Below are positions 1 through 9,587 of a stretch of DNA of 27,256 nucleotides, piece after piece. Under the pieces are notes generated by a model. The model had not been told where the DNA came from, did not search any database, and worked only from the letters and a program-made list of their open reading frames with translations. Each line of letters opens with the position of its first letter. The first letter of the stretch is position 1. Source of the DNA: Candidatus Hodarchaeota archaeon (GTDB lineage Archaea > Asgardarchaeota > Heimdallarchaeia > Hodarchaeales > Hodarchaeaceae); contig JAEOTC010000133.1 in the NCBI GenBank assembly GCA_016840035.1, forward strand, positions 1 through 27,256, in the 5' to 3' direction. The position numbers were made by a program, and so were the translations under genes.

Positions 1-2
1 AG

Positions 3-125
3 AGACCAATTTATGCAAAAACAGCAGCTTATGGTCACTTTGGGAGAAATGATCCTGATTTCACTTGGGAAAAAACAGATGTTGCCTCACTATTAAAGGA
101 AAATGCAGGATTTTTAGATAAGTAA
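3..125 (+). CDS. metK: S-adenosylmethionine synthetase (bacterial/eukaryote-type MAT), 3' fragment; gene begins before the window
   Basis: Manual translation from nt 3: [40 protein letters not shown], stop TAA at 123-125. [15 protein letters not shown]...FTWE is the characteristic MAT C-terminus. Not in the ORF track. Confidence 0.93.
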   Translation, partial: RPIYAKTAAYGHFGRNDPDFTWEKTDVASLLKENAGFLDK

Positions 126-336
126 GAAGTTAAAATTTTAATGAGAAACTAGACCATAATCCTGTAGATTTTACCTTGGATTTTGTAGAAACATCCTCCT
201 CTCCTTTTACAACGAAATATCACCAATAACGTTTTCTTTTTTTTTCTATTTGCACCTTAAATTTTAAGTGGAGAATTCTATAAATGAGTCTTTGATTTTT
301 TGTACTTGAATATAAGGTTTCATTTGTGGATTCATC

Positions 337-352
337 AAATCAAATTTGATTT
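337..352. promoter_or_regulatory. Perfect 16-bp palindrome AAATCAAATTTGATTT upstream of copA; candidate operator
   Basis: Self-complementary, ends about 64 nt before the copA ATG, and is bracketed by an imperfect inverted repeat (325-337 / 376-388). Function is inferred only. Confidence 0.4.
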
Positions 353-415
353 ACTCGAATAATAAAATATGGAAATGTTGATTCCACAGAGATTATTTTC
401 CTAAAGGGTGATAAA

Positions 416-3271
416 ATGACATCGCAGATTCTTAAATGCACAAAATGTGATTACAAGGAACCTGTTCCAATGCATTGTAGACAACCTATGCGCATTGAGA
501 CAATAGACGGAAAGAAGCAATTAGTGTGCTGGATGGGTTCCGATTGTGGAGTTAAAGATTTATCTAAACATCATGGAACTCCGATGGTGATTGAAACACT
601 ATCTGAAGATGATTCATCATTTTCTAAAGAGATTAAGATCTCTATCGAATCGAGACAAGAAAAACCATCTATACCTCAAATGGATGAAAATAATCGTAAA
701 TCTAGACTCGAATGTCAAACTTGTGAATTCACAGAACCGATTCCTATGCACTGTAAGCAACCTATGCATTTAGAAATTGTAGATGGATTAGCAAAATTGG
801 TTTGTTGGATGGGATCTTCCTGTGGTGTTGTGGATATTCCTACTCACTGTGGTAAACCTATGATAGTCAAGGATAGGATCTCCTCCGATAAATCTGATTT
901 GCTAAAACTCGATGATGATGATAATAAACCAATGTCAGAAAAAAACGATCTCAAATCACATGGTGCACAGGTAAACTTAAGGACTACGAACTTTGCTATC
1001 ACTGGGATGACGTGTGCTTCATGTGTAGCTTCAGTTGATAAAAAATTGAATATCGTTCAAGGAGTGCATAAAGTCAGTGTAAATCTAATGACTGAGAAGG
1101 CTAAAGTCGAATATAACCCGGAAAAAACTTCGATAGACCAAATCATCAGTGAAATTGAGAGTATCGGTTATGGAGCAAAACCAATACTCCAAGCTCGAAA
1201 GGTAGAAGATCGTGAGAAACTGGCACGTGAAAAAGAATATCGACACCAAAAGTTCAGATTATTTGCTGCAATAATTCTCACCATCCCCATATTTGTATAT
1301 AGTTTAGGATATGTTCTTGGACTAAGAATTCCACTCCCAGATCTGTTTATTCAAGGTATAAATACCAGACAATTCGTTGTTATGCTTTTTACAATTCCTG
1401 TGGTGTTTGTTACAGGTTGGCAATTTCACAGGGGTGCAATCAAAGTTCTTCGACACTATCAGTTTAACATGGATGTTTTAATCTTTATGGGTACTAATGC
1501 AGCATTTTGGTATTCCGTGATATCTTTATTTGTATTAAAGGGAGAAGTTTTTTTCGAAACTGCAGCATTTCTTATTTTGTTTCTCCTCTTAGGGAAATTC
1601 TTGGAAGCCCGAGCTAAGGGTCAAACTTCACAAGCCATCCGTAAATTAGTAGATTTACAAGCAAAAGAAGCAACAATTCTGATCAATGATCAAGAGAAAA
1701 AAATTCCTATTGAAGAAGTTACGGTGGGAATGGTAGTTATGGTTCGACCAGGTGAGAAGATACCTGTTGATGGTGTTGTTCTTGAAGGAAAGTCTACTGT
1801 TGATGAATCAATGATTACTGGAGAATCAATGCCTGTTAAAAAGGTGGAGGGGAATAAAATCATAGGTGCGACCATTAATAACAATGGTTTTTTGAAAATC
1901 GAAACAACCAGAATTGGCGCGGATACTGCTCTGGCACAAATCATAAAACTTGTTGAAGACGCTCAAGCTTCGAAAGCTCCAATTCAACGCCTAGCAGACG
2001 TAGTTTCTGGGAGATTTGTGCCTTTAGTAATTTTAATTTCTTTTATTACATTTTTCGTTTGGTTTAGTCTATTTACTACAGGTCTTCTCTCTGAATCATT
2101 AATTACAGAATTAAATATGAGTCCGTTCGTTTTTTCCTTGAAAATGATGATCGCTGTGTTAGTTATTGCTTGTCCATGTGCTTTAGGATTAGCAACTCCA
2201 ACAGCAATTATGGTTGGAACTGGAAAAGGGGCTGAAAAAGGGATTCTAATTAAAAATGCCGAAGCTTTGGAGGCTGCACAAAAAATCAATGCAATTGTAT
2301 TCGATAAGACAGGAACATTGACGAAAGGAAAACCTCGTATTACAGATATCATTGTATTGAAAGAAAACATGACCGAAGATGAAGTTCTCAAGTGGGTCGC
2401 TTCAGCGGAACGAGGTTCTGAGCATCCGATAGCCCAAGCTATTATAGAAACTGCGGATGAAAGGTCAATCTCGATAAAAAATTCAATGGATTTTGAAGCG
2501 ATCCCTGGTAAGGGGATTCGTGTCCGGATTGATGGTTCAATTGTAATTGTAGGAAATAGGAAAATTTTTGAGAATACGGAAACAATTTCAGCTTCCATAG
2601 ATGCAAAAATGCAAGAATTAGAAGATCAAGCAAAAACAGTTGTCTTAGTAGCGCTGAATAAGGAACTTATTGGACTCTTAGGAGTAGCAGATCCAATAAA
2701 AGATACTAGTAAAACGACAATCCAACTCCTGAATAAAATGGGAATCAAACCTTACATGGTTACAGGTGATAATAAACGGACAGCTGAAGCGATTGCAGGT
2801 GAATTGGGAATCAATGAAGTATTTGCTGAAGTACTTCCTCAAAATAAAGCTAAAATTGTAAAAGAATTACAAGAAAAAGGAAAATTCGTTGGGATGGTAG
2901 GAGATGGGATTAATGATGCTCCCGCTTTAGCTCAAGCTGATGTTGGATTTGCGATTGGAAGTGGAACCGATATTGCTATTGAGACTGGGGACATTGTTCT
3001 AATTAAGGAAGATCTTAGAGATGTAGTTGCCAGTATCCAATTGAGTTCGAAAACACTGTCTAAAATTAAACAAAATCTCTTTTGGGCGTTTATTTACAAT
3101 GTTCTTGGAATTCCTTTAGCTGCGGGTATTTTGTTTCTTCCTTTCGGAATTCTCCTTGTTCCTGAAATAGCTGCTGCTGCAATGGCTTTTAGTTCGGTGT
3201 CTGTTGTAACAAACAGCCTCCTTCTCCGCTACTATACTCCTAGTGCTCAAATAACTGAAGTAATTGCTTAG
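416..3271 (+). CDS. copA: Copper-translocating P1B-1 ATPase with two novel N-terminal Cys/His repeats and one HMA domain
   Basis: HMA motif [41 protein letters not shown] in TM7 (FIYNVLG) and MxxSS in TM8 (AMAFSS), the Cu(I)-type signatures. Confidence 0.95.
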   Translation: MTSQILKCTKCDYKEPVPMHCRQPMRIETIDGKKQLVCWMGSDCGVKDLSKHHGTPMVIETLSEDDSSFSKEIKISIESRQEKPSIPQMDENNRKSRLECQTCEFTEPIPMHCKQPMHLEIVDGLAKLVCWMGSSCGVVDIPTHCGKPMIVKDRISSDKSDLLKLDDDDNKPMSEKNDLKSHGAQVNLRTTNFAITGMTCASCVASVDKKLNIVQGVHKVSVNLMTEKAKVEYNPEKTSIDQIISEIESIGYGAKPILQARKVEDREKLAREKEYRHQKFRLFAAIILTIPIFVYSLGYVLGLRIPLPDLFIQGINTRQFVVMLFTIPVVFVTGWQFHRGAIKVLRHYQFNMDVLIFMGTNAAFWYSVISLFVLKGEVFFETAAFLILFLLLGKFLEARAKGQTSQAIRKLVDLQAKEATILINDQEKKIPIEEVTVGMVVMVRPGEKIPVDGVVLEGKSTVDESMITGESMPVKKVEGNKIIGATINNNGFLKIETTRIGADTALAQIIKLVEDAQASKAPIQRLADVVSGRFVPLVILISFITFFVWFSLFTTGLLSESLITELNMSPFVFSLKMMIAVLVIACPCALGLATPTAIMVGTGKGAEKGILIKNAEALEAAQKINAIVFDKTGTLTKGKPRITDIIVLKENMTEDEVLKWVASAERGSEHPIAQAIIETADERSISIKNSMDFEAIPGKGIRVRIDGSIVIVGNRKIFENTETISASIDAKMQELEDQAKTVVLVALNKELIGLLGVADPIKDTSKTTIQLLNKMGIKPYMVTGDNKRTAEAIAGELGINEVFAEVLPQNKAKIVKELQEKGKFVGMVGDGINDAPALAQADVGFAIGSGTDIAIETGDIVLIKEDLRDVVASIQLSSKTLSKIKQNLFWAFIYNVLGIPLAAGILFLPFGILLVPEIAAAAMAFSSVSVVTNSLLLRYYTPSAQITEVIA
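431..868 (+). repeat. Tandem duplicated 54-aa Cys/His/Met domain (aa 6-59 and 98-151) in the CopA N-terminus
   Basis: Ungapped alignment gives 30/54 identical residues. Shared pattern: LxCxxCxxxEPxPMHCxQPM...DG...LVCWMGSxCGVxD...HxGxPM. Confidence 0.9.
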
Positions 3272-3406
3272 ATATTTTCTTCTGAGTTATTACAAATCCA
3301 TTTTTTCATCTTTCGATTTCTTTTCACTTAGATTTTTCTCATCTTCTAGAATGACGATAATAATTTAAATCTTCAAGTTCTATATAGAACCAATTGAAAG
3401 GAGTGT

Positions 3407-3444
3407 GGATTGTATTTTTCTCTTGAAAATACATCCTTTTTTTT
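3407..3444 (+). terminator. Hairpin followed by T8; terminator- or attenuator-like element between copA and the PEP-synthase-like gene
   Basis: GGAtTGTATTTT (3407-3418) pairs with AAAATACATCC (3426-3436) with one bulge, followed directly by TTTTTTTT (3437-3444). Confidence 0.45.
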
Positions 3445-3454
3445 CTAAAACTGG

Positions 3455-4507
3455 ATGAATTCCTACTTCTCTGATATTATAACCCAATGGACCTTTATAC
3501 AAATGTATGAATCACAACCAATTCTTAGTTTATCCGAGGTAGATTATGCACGTGCTGATACATTTGGTGATAGGGCGTGTTCGCTCTCACGCTTGATGGC
3601 GAGAGGTTATCATGTCCCTAAAGGGATTGTAATCTCTACTAAAGTCTTTAAACGTTATCTCAATACAGCTCCTGGTACAAAACGTATAGACCAACTAATA
3701 GAAAATGTCACTCCTGCAACTATAACCGAAACCGCTCAAGAAATTCAGGATTTAATAAATTTTAGTCCTGTTCCCATGCAGATGGCTAATCAAATTGCAA
3801 CTGCAATTTCTTCATTGCTAGACAAATCCCCCTCTCAAGCATTAATCGTTCGTACTTCAGCTAATGTTGAGGGATCATCACGCCATGTTTGTTCTGGAAG
3901 AGGCGTACATTTCCATATGAATGATATAACCAAAATCATTCGTGTTGTTAAAAATTGCTGGGCTTCTGCTTATACTGCTGATGTATTAAAAGACCTGATA
4001 GAAGTCGGTCTTCCCCCTGATAGCGTTTGGGTGGCAGTTATAGTGGAGAAAATGGTACGAGCAGAAGTTTGTGGCAAGATGTATGTGGAAAAAGGCGAGA
4101 AAGAAGATAATATATTCAAAATCGAATCAAACTGGGGTGCAAAGGTTCATCATGCCGAAGAAGGAATTCTGTGTGATCATGTCATAATTGACGAAACGAA
4201 AATCGGTGAACCGATCGAGACATTCAACGCGTTTAAACAGAAAATTTCTTATATTTCTCCCGAAAACCATCAGTTGGAAATTATAGATAACGACCCTGCA
4301 AGAAGAAACGTTCTTTCTCTCGATCCTCAAAAAATTGCTACCCTCGCTCAATTAGCTAAGAAGATTCATGACGATTTTGAAGTCGGGTATATGATTGAGT
4401 TTGTTTTTGATGAGAAAGATACTTTATGGTTATTGGATGCTGTACCGCTCTCAATACATAAAAATCTCTATAAAATAGGGCAATCTTCAGCAGTAACTGC
4501 AATTTAG
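3455..4507 (+). CDS. Stand-alone PEP/pyruvate-binding (PPDK/PEP synthase N-terminal ATP-grasp) domain protein, degenerate; start may be ATG 3503
   Basis: FGDRACSLSRL, VPKGIVIST, LIVRTSA, VKNCWAS, VAVIVEKMV, IESNWG, IEFVFD and LWLLDAVP line up in order with the PEP synthase N-terminal motifs. No phospho-His domain or C-terminal barrel is present. Confidence 0.8.
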   Translation: MNSYFSDIITQWTFIQMYESQPILSLSEVDYARADTFGDRACSLSRLMARGYHVPKGIVISTKVFKRYLNTAPGTKRIDQLIENVTPATITETAQEIQDLINFSPVPMQMANQIATAISSLLDKSPSQALIVRTSANVEGSSRHVCSGRGVHFHMNDITKIIRVVKNCWASAYTADVLKDLIEVGLPPDSVWVAVIVEKMVRAEVCGKMYVEKGEKEDNIFKIESNWGAKVHHAEEGILCDHVIIDETKIGEPIETFNAFKQKISYISPENHQLEIIDNDPARRNVLSLDPQKIATLAQLAKKIHDDFEVGYMIEFVFDEKDTLWLLDAVPLSIHKNLYKIGQSSAVTAI

Positions 4508-4519
4508 AATAATTAGGGT

Positions 4520-5710
4520 CTAATTAAAGAATAAGAGTTCTAACACTTCCTTAACAGGAGAAGAAAGCCTATAGAACACTTCTCTTCCCTCTTTGAAATA
4601 TGAAATAATTCCAGACTTCAACAGGGATTGACATTGATAAGTTAAGGATGAATCCTTAATACCAGACCGATCTTGAAGTTCAGATCGTTGAATAGATCCT
4701 TCTAAATAATCAAGAAGAATCATTTCCTCAAGAATCCCCTTTTTTGGGATTAGTTGTTTCTTTATTCGAGATAATGAGCGTAGAAAAGACGGAGATATTT
4801 CCTTTAAAGGAGTACTGATTGGCCAATACTCCCTACCAGTTTCCTCTATGTCTTCTTGCAAGATCCTAGAATTATTATCAAGGATAAGCTTTATTGCTTT
4901 CTCAAAATTTAGTCTTGAAACAATTTCTTGGAATTCTTCCAATGAAAATCTCTGGACTTGATTTCGTTCAATTACTTTCAACGGTAATTTCCGCATTAAC
5001 CAAAGAGCAAGCCCTGGAAGACCAAAGGATAGAACACTTGCATATTGAAGTACATTCTGGGGTAAAAATAGAGAGCTTTCCAACGTTCCTATTCTTTTTT
5101 CTAATATTTCTTTTATTTCAGATTGTTCAGGTCTTTTAAAATGAAAAAATAGAGGAGTATGACCAAATAGTACTAATTCTTCACTCTTTGATTTTCTTCG
5201 TAACCAATGATCTTCAATCGAATTCAGTAAGGTTACAACAACAATTTTATCGTATTTTGAACGATGGAGAAGATCCTTAAAGGAAGAAAAGGATAGATCA
5301 TCCCAAATTGGAAATATATCATCGAAGAAAAAGATTTGTGTTTGACTGAGGTCGGTTTCCTCCCACCATTCCCAAAAATTTTGATCGTACTTGACATATC
5401 GAGAATAGTGTGGCCCCATTATTGTGTTGATTTCTTGAGAAATAAAGCAAGCTGCCGAAGATTTACCAATCCTTTGTGGCCCCAGTAATGTTAGTGAAAG
5501 AATCTCATTGGGTTGTGGATCGTCCTCAACCATTTGTCCAAGAAGACGACTTAATCTTTGAATTTCGTTAGTGTTCACATAACATTGGGGAAAAGAGTCT
5601 GTAAAATCATCTTGAAAAAGTTTTTTAAGCATTTGAGAGAAATTTAATTGCTCACGCCAATGCCGTGAATGTTTTTTACCTTCTAAGAACATTTTTCCGG
5701 GAGAAACCAC
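4520..5710 (-). CDS. P-loop ATPase (archaeal STAND/AAA-like) with C-terminal ArsR-like winged HTH
   Basis: Walker A GPQRIGKS, Walker B IFFFDD, GxP motif (SFGLPG), and C-terminal RSELQDRSGIKDSSLTYQCQSLLKSGII...EGREVFYRL, typical of an ArsR-type wHTH. Confidence 0.75.
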   Translation of the reverse strand: MVSPGKMFLEGKKHSRHWREQLNFSQMLKKLFQDDFTDSFPQCYVNTNEIQRLSRLLGQMVEDDPQPNEILSLTLLGPQRIGKSSAACFISQEINTIMGPHYSRYVKYDQNFWEWWEETDLSQTQIFFFDDIFPIWDDLSFSSFKDLLHRSKYDKIVVVTLLNSIEDHWLRRKSKSEELVLFGHTPLFFHFKRPEQSEIKEILEKRIGTLESSLFLPQNVLQYASVLSFGLPGLALWLMRKLPLKVIERNQVQRFSLEEFQEIVSRLNFEKAIKLILDNNSRILQEDIEETGREYWPISTPLKEISPSFLRSLSRIKKQLIPKKGILEEMILLDYLEGSIQRSELQDRSGIKDSSLTYQCQSLLKSGIISYFKEGREVFYRLSSPVKEVLELLFFN

Positions 5711-6119
5711 AGAAGAAGCCTCTAGGGATACATTATATTTTCGAACTATTTAAATTATTTGAATTTTAGTTGTTCATTAGAAAAACCGACGTAATTACGA
5801 ATAATATATTTAAGGTAAATTAGCTCATTTTATTGGTATTTATTCCTAATTAAGGCTACTAAATTTCAAATCATTAAAAATTACGGTCTTTCTTGGGATA
5901 TGTTTAGTACCAGACATTTTATTTTAGATTCTATCGTGGCTCATAAACTAAATTTCCACTTAATTCCAGTTATTTCAATCGTCGTCGTTCTTCACCCTAG
6001 CTATCGAATGAGATTGTGTTGTTGGTAAAAGTTAAGTTAATCTTATAGAATCTTAAAAATATCCATTTTTGTACTTAAATTTAACTAAAAAATTTCTTGA
6101 AAAACATGAGTGAGGAAAT

Positions 6120-7301
6120 ATGTCAATAAAGCTATCAAAATTGAGAAACCAAGGCAAATCTCATTTTGAAAGCTTTTTTCAAAACTTAGGGCCTCTAAAA
6201 TATCTGTTTTTCACCGTAATTATAGCCCATCTAGTGATTAGTCTACTATTTCTGCCCGTTTTTACAAGTGACTTTGAAAGAAACTTGTTTTACGGAAGAG
6301 CATTTTGGGAGCATGGTTTTGAAGTATATGACATGACACCTATTGATATTGACGGGAACTATTCTATCGGTGATCCGACATCGGGAATCCTCTCCTACCC
6401 AAATACCACGTATGATTATCCAACATTACAACTTCTGTTTTGGGCTGGTGTGGTCCTACTACCCTTTCCTGAAATCTCAGCTAGATGGATTTTATCTATC
6501 TTTGATATTTTTAATACCTTATTAATTTTTGGACTTTTAAAGCGGTTTAGAGCCTCGGAAGATGATTCCGATCCTCTGGGAATGTTTGAAACTGGTTTCA
6601 CACTGTCGTACCTTCTGTTCGCAATTCCATTTTCCGCAGTTGAGGGTCAATCTACCTCAATCACTATTTTTTTCTTTTTAATCCCGATTGCGCTTCATTC
6701 CAGGAATTACCAATCTAGTTACCTTTCTATAGGTCTTGGATTTCACTGGAAATATGTGACTTTGCTTATCCTCCCATATCTATTCTTGAAAGATATCAGA
6801 TCAAGAAAAAGAGTTGGTACGGGGTTATTAATTCTCTGTGGTGTTGTAATACTACTATCCTTCCCTCTTCTCTGGTCTCAATTTATCTTAGCGTACTTCA
6901 GTTTTTTTGGGAAGTTAGAGCATTATTCTGGACAAATTCCCTCAAATCCGTTATTATTATCCAAAATATATATTTCATCGATACTATCAACAATAATTCT
7001 TATATTAGGGTTATTTTATTGGATAAAACCAATTTCTGAGGATCGTAAATTAACTATTGATATTCGAGGGATAGTTCAAAGAGGATACTGGATTCCTCTC
7101 ATCTTATTGCTCTCGTTTCTGAAAATATATTCTACTGCCTTCCCCTGGTATTGGATGTGGTTTTACTCATTGATCGTTATCCTCCCCTCTGATGAACGAA
7201 GGTTATTTACAAAACTATTTGCCGTTACATTTGCATTTGGGTTGGTAGATTTTGTACATATGACTGTAGGATTTGAAACTTTTTTCGGTTTTTTCGTTTA
7301 A
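6120..7301 (+). CDS. Polytopic membrane protein, probable GT-C fold glycosyltransferase (GT87/PIG-M-like)
   Basis: Many hydrophobic segments, an Asp after TM1 (TSDF), a long first loop with YDYP, and GLGFHWKY resembling the TM-Lys motif of GT87/PIG-M-type mannosyltransferases. Confidence 0.55.
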   Translation: MSIKLSKLRNQGKSHFESFFQNLGPLKYLFFTVIIAHLVISLLFLPVFTSDFERNLFYGRAFWEHGFEVYDMTPIDIDGNYSIGDPTSGILSYPNTTYDYPTLQLLFWAGVVLLPFPEISARWILSIFDIFNTLLIFGLLKRFRASEDDSDPLGMFETGFTLSYLLFAIPFSAVEGQSTSITIFFFLIPIALHSRNYQSSYLSIGLGFHWKYVTLLILPYLFLKDIRSRKRVGTGLLILCGVVILLSFPLLWSQFILAYFSFFGKLEHYSGQIPSNPLLLSKIYISSILSTIILILGLFYWIKPISEDRKLTIDIRGIVQRGYWIPLILLLSFLKIYSTAFPWYWMWFYSLIVILPSDERRLFTKLFAVTFAFGLVDFVHMTVGFETFFGFFV

Positions 7302-7326
7302 GAACGGATAATCTTTCTGATTTCCA

Positions 7327-8697
7327 TTATTGACCGAGAGTAATAGTATGTCCACGTGTAGGAAGAATTAACGGAATATCTACTATTTCCTTATATTTCT
7401 CTGGGGACTCACTATGAATTGGAATCAACATTTCTGGTGAAATTTCTTCAACAATATCTTTTAAATCATCTCTAGGTGCATGTCCAGAAGCATGAAATTG
7501 TCTGAAATCTAATTTGAAGAATTTAACCCATTCCATCATTCTTTTGTAGTCTATCAGTCCTGATTCAGAGAATGGGTCTCCATGTGAATAGAAATATGTT
7601 GCATTCTGGGGTTGAATATCAATTAAATCAGTCAGATTCCAGAAATCACAATGAAAGATATACTCTTCCTGTTTAAAATCAGAATTTGCTACGATATGAA
7701 TTTCTGGGTTATCTAGGATTTCTTGTTCCCATCGATAATATCTACTTTTCGGACGTTGATAAACTTCAATATTAGGGTCTGTAATCGATGGAATATCTAG
7801 GTTTATATCACCCTGTAGTAATTTCAATAGATGAGCTTGTTTTAAATTGACTAACAGTTTTCTTGAATTCTCCTTTGCTGCATAATAAAAGCTTCTAAAC
7901 CTATCTATATCTCTTAACGTATAATTTGCAATAGCTAGGCCGTCAGTCTTCTCAATAGATTCTGATACATCCCGTTGAACTTGATGTTCATTCTGGTCAA
8001 AATCCTCATCAACATTTGTCCCCTCCATCAGTAAAATTTGTACTCCTTTCTTCTTGGCAATCTGAATAAAGTCAGTAGTTAAATCCTTTCTCCATCCATG
8101 TAACCTTACATCACCTGAATACCCGATTACTAGACCCTCTTTTCGATCTTCAAGAATAAATGCATATGCTCCAGGTATTGAGTGATCTACGTGTATAGGC
8201 GTAATAGTTAATTCCGAAATTTGAATGGTATCTCCTGTACGGAAGGTTCGGATATTTGATGGATTAGTATCTGTTGGAGGTCGAATATAAGGCCTCCCAA
8301 ACCTAGGCCGTGATGTTTGTTGAACAGAGGTCAAAATAGTTTTCGCAGTTTCTCCCATATAGACTGGAATGTCTTCAGATAAAAGATTAATATTTCCATA
8401 GTGATCCATGTGGGCATGAGATAAGAAACACCCTTGAATTGTCTTACTATCTCCTGGAAAGTGGGTATTAAATTCTTGGGCATATAATCCATTAATTTTT
8501 GGTATCATGTCAAATTCTAAGAGGTCGGTTAATCCTTGACTCGTCCTAGGAAGTAGATATCCATCATAATAAATCCCCTCTCTTTTGAAAGATCGTCCAA
8601 AATCAAAGAGAATAGATGTGTCTTTAGCTTCAAAAAGGAAACAATTGCCTCCTATCTCGTCGATACCACCATAAGGTGTGAGTTTCATAATTTTCAC
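7327..8697 (-). CDS. Metallo-beta-lactamase/beta-CASP nuclease, RNase J-like; start likely ATG 8688
   Basis: GGIDEIGGN, DFG, SHAHMDH, VDHS, YSGD, MEGT, HASGHA and IPIHSE motifs. Confidence 0.88.
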   Translation of the reverse strand: MKIMKLTPYGGIDEIGGNCFLFEAKDTSILFDFGRSFKREGIYYDGYLLPRTSQGLTDLLEFDMIPKINGLYAQEFNTHFPGDSKTIQGCFLSHAHMDHYGNINLLSEDIPVYMGETAKTILTSVQQTSRPRFGRPYIRPPTDTNPSNIRTFRTGDTIQISELTITPIHVDHSIPGAYAFILEDRKEGLVIGYSGDVRLHGWRKDLTTDFIQIAKKKGVQILLMEGTNVDEDFDQNEHQVQRDVSESIEKTDGLAIANYTLRDIDRFRSFYYAAKENSRKLLVNLKQAHLLKLLQGDINLDIPSITDPNIEVYQRPKSRYYRWEQEILDNPEIHIVANSDFKQEEYIFHCDFWNLTDLIDIQPQNATYFYSHGDPFSESGLIDYKRMMEWVKFFKLDFRQFHASGHAPRDDLKDIVEEISPEMLIPIHSESPEKYKEIVDIPLILPTRGHTITLGQ

Positions 8698-8721
8698 TTT
8701 GAGTTTATTTTTTCCTGTCTT

Positions 8722-9537
8722 TTACTCGCGTTTTTTGAAGATTAATGCAAAATGGTGATGGACATTGCTCACAAAACTATATGGATAACCATAGGGTCGC
8801 AGGGTTTTCTGATTCTGTAACCAAATTTTCTCACCTAAAAAAACATACCATTTTTTGAGGTGAAGGGGGAGTTCAAAAGCTAAAGGAATCATTTCTCCTT
8901 TGTCTCTCACATTCTGGATAAAGACAATAAGATGTCCACCTCTAGTTAGTAAAGTTTGAATAGTACAAAAAATACTCACCAATTCCTGTAAAAACTCTTT
9001 CTTATCCTCTATCATTCCCAAATCAGATGAATTATGCCCGTATTGAAGATCAAGTCCTTTGTCCAATCTTTCCTGTTGATTATAATCTTTTTTCTTTTTT
9101 AATATACTCCAGTAAGGAGGAGAGGTAATACACAAAGAATATAACTCATTTTCTAATGTAGGTAAAATTTTTCGTAAATCTCCTTCAAGTACAGGGAATT
9201 TAGTTCTTGATTTTGCCGTCTTAGCGTACTTTGAATAGAGTTCGATCCCCAAACCTTCCCTACCGGAGTTTTCACAGGCGACTAGGGTTGATCCTGTCCC
9301 TAAAAATGGATCTAGTACATATTCACCTGGTTTGGTGAAAAATTTGATAAAATCCTCTATCATTGATGGAGGAAACGATGCGGGATGTAAATCAATCTCC
9401 CGTGAAATGTCACTTGGTTTCCCATCAGCAATAAACCACGATTTTGTAAAGCGAATCCACTCTTTCCCTGTAAGTGTGTTGAGTTTATTCCGAGGATCAA
9501 TATTTCCAGAATCTTTCATCGATATCCAATCTCGCAA
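8722..9537 (-). CDS. DNA amino-methyltransferase 1 (SPPY, probable m4C), SAM-binding motifs before the catalytic motif; start likely ATG 9519
   Basis: HPASFP, VLDPFLGTGST and GIEL, followed by ITSPPY. Confidence 0.9.
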   Translation of the reverse strand: MRDWISMKDSGNIDPRNKLNTLTGKEWIRFTKSWFIADGKPSDISREIDLHPASFPPSMIEDFIKFFTKPGEYVLDPFLGTGSTLVACENSGREGLGIELYSKYAKTAKSRTKFPVLEGDLRKILPTLENELYSLCITSPPYWSILKKKKDYNQQERLDKGLDLQYGHNSSDLGMIEDKKEFLQELVSIFCTIQTLLTRGGHLIVFIQNVRDKGEMIPLAFELPLHLKKWYVFLGEKIWLQNQKTLRPYGYPYSFVSNVHHHFALIFKKRE

Positions 9538-9587
9538 TCTATTTTTCTAAGCTAAAATTATATAATAAAAATGTACGGTGTGGAAAC

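Noticed and set aside
5846-5917. 23-aa minus-strand ORF in the long spacer (MSGTKHIPRKTVIFNDLKFSSLN)
   Set aside because: Too short, with no motif or other support.
4520-6119. Orc1/Cdc6 gene with an adjacent replication origin
   Set aside because: The motifs fit a STAND-like ATPase with an ArsR-like HTH better than Cdc6, and I found no ORB-like repeats or G-strings in the spacer.
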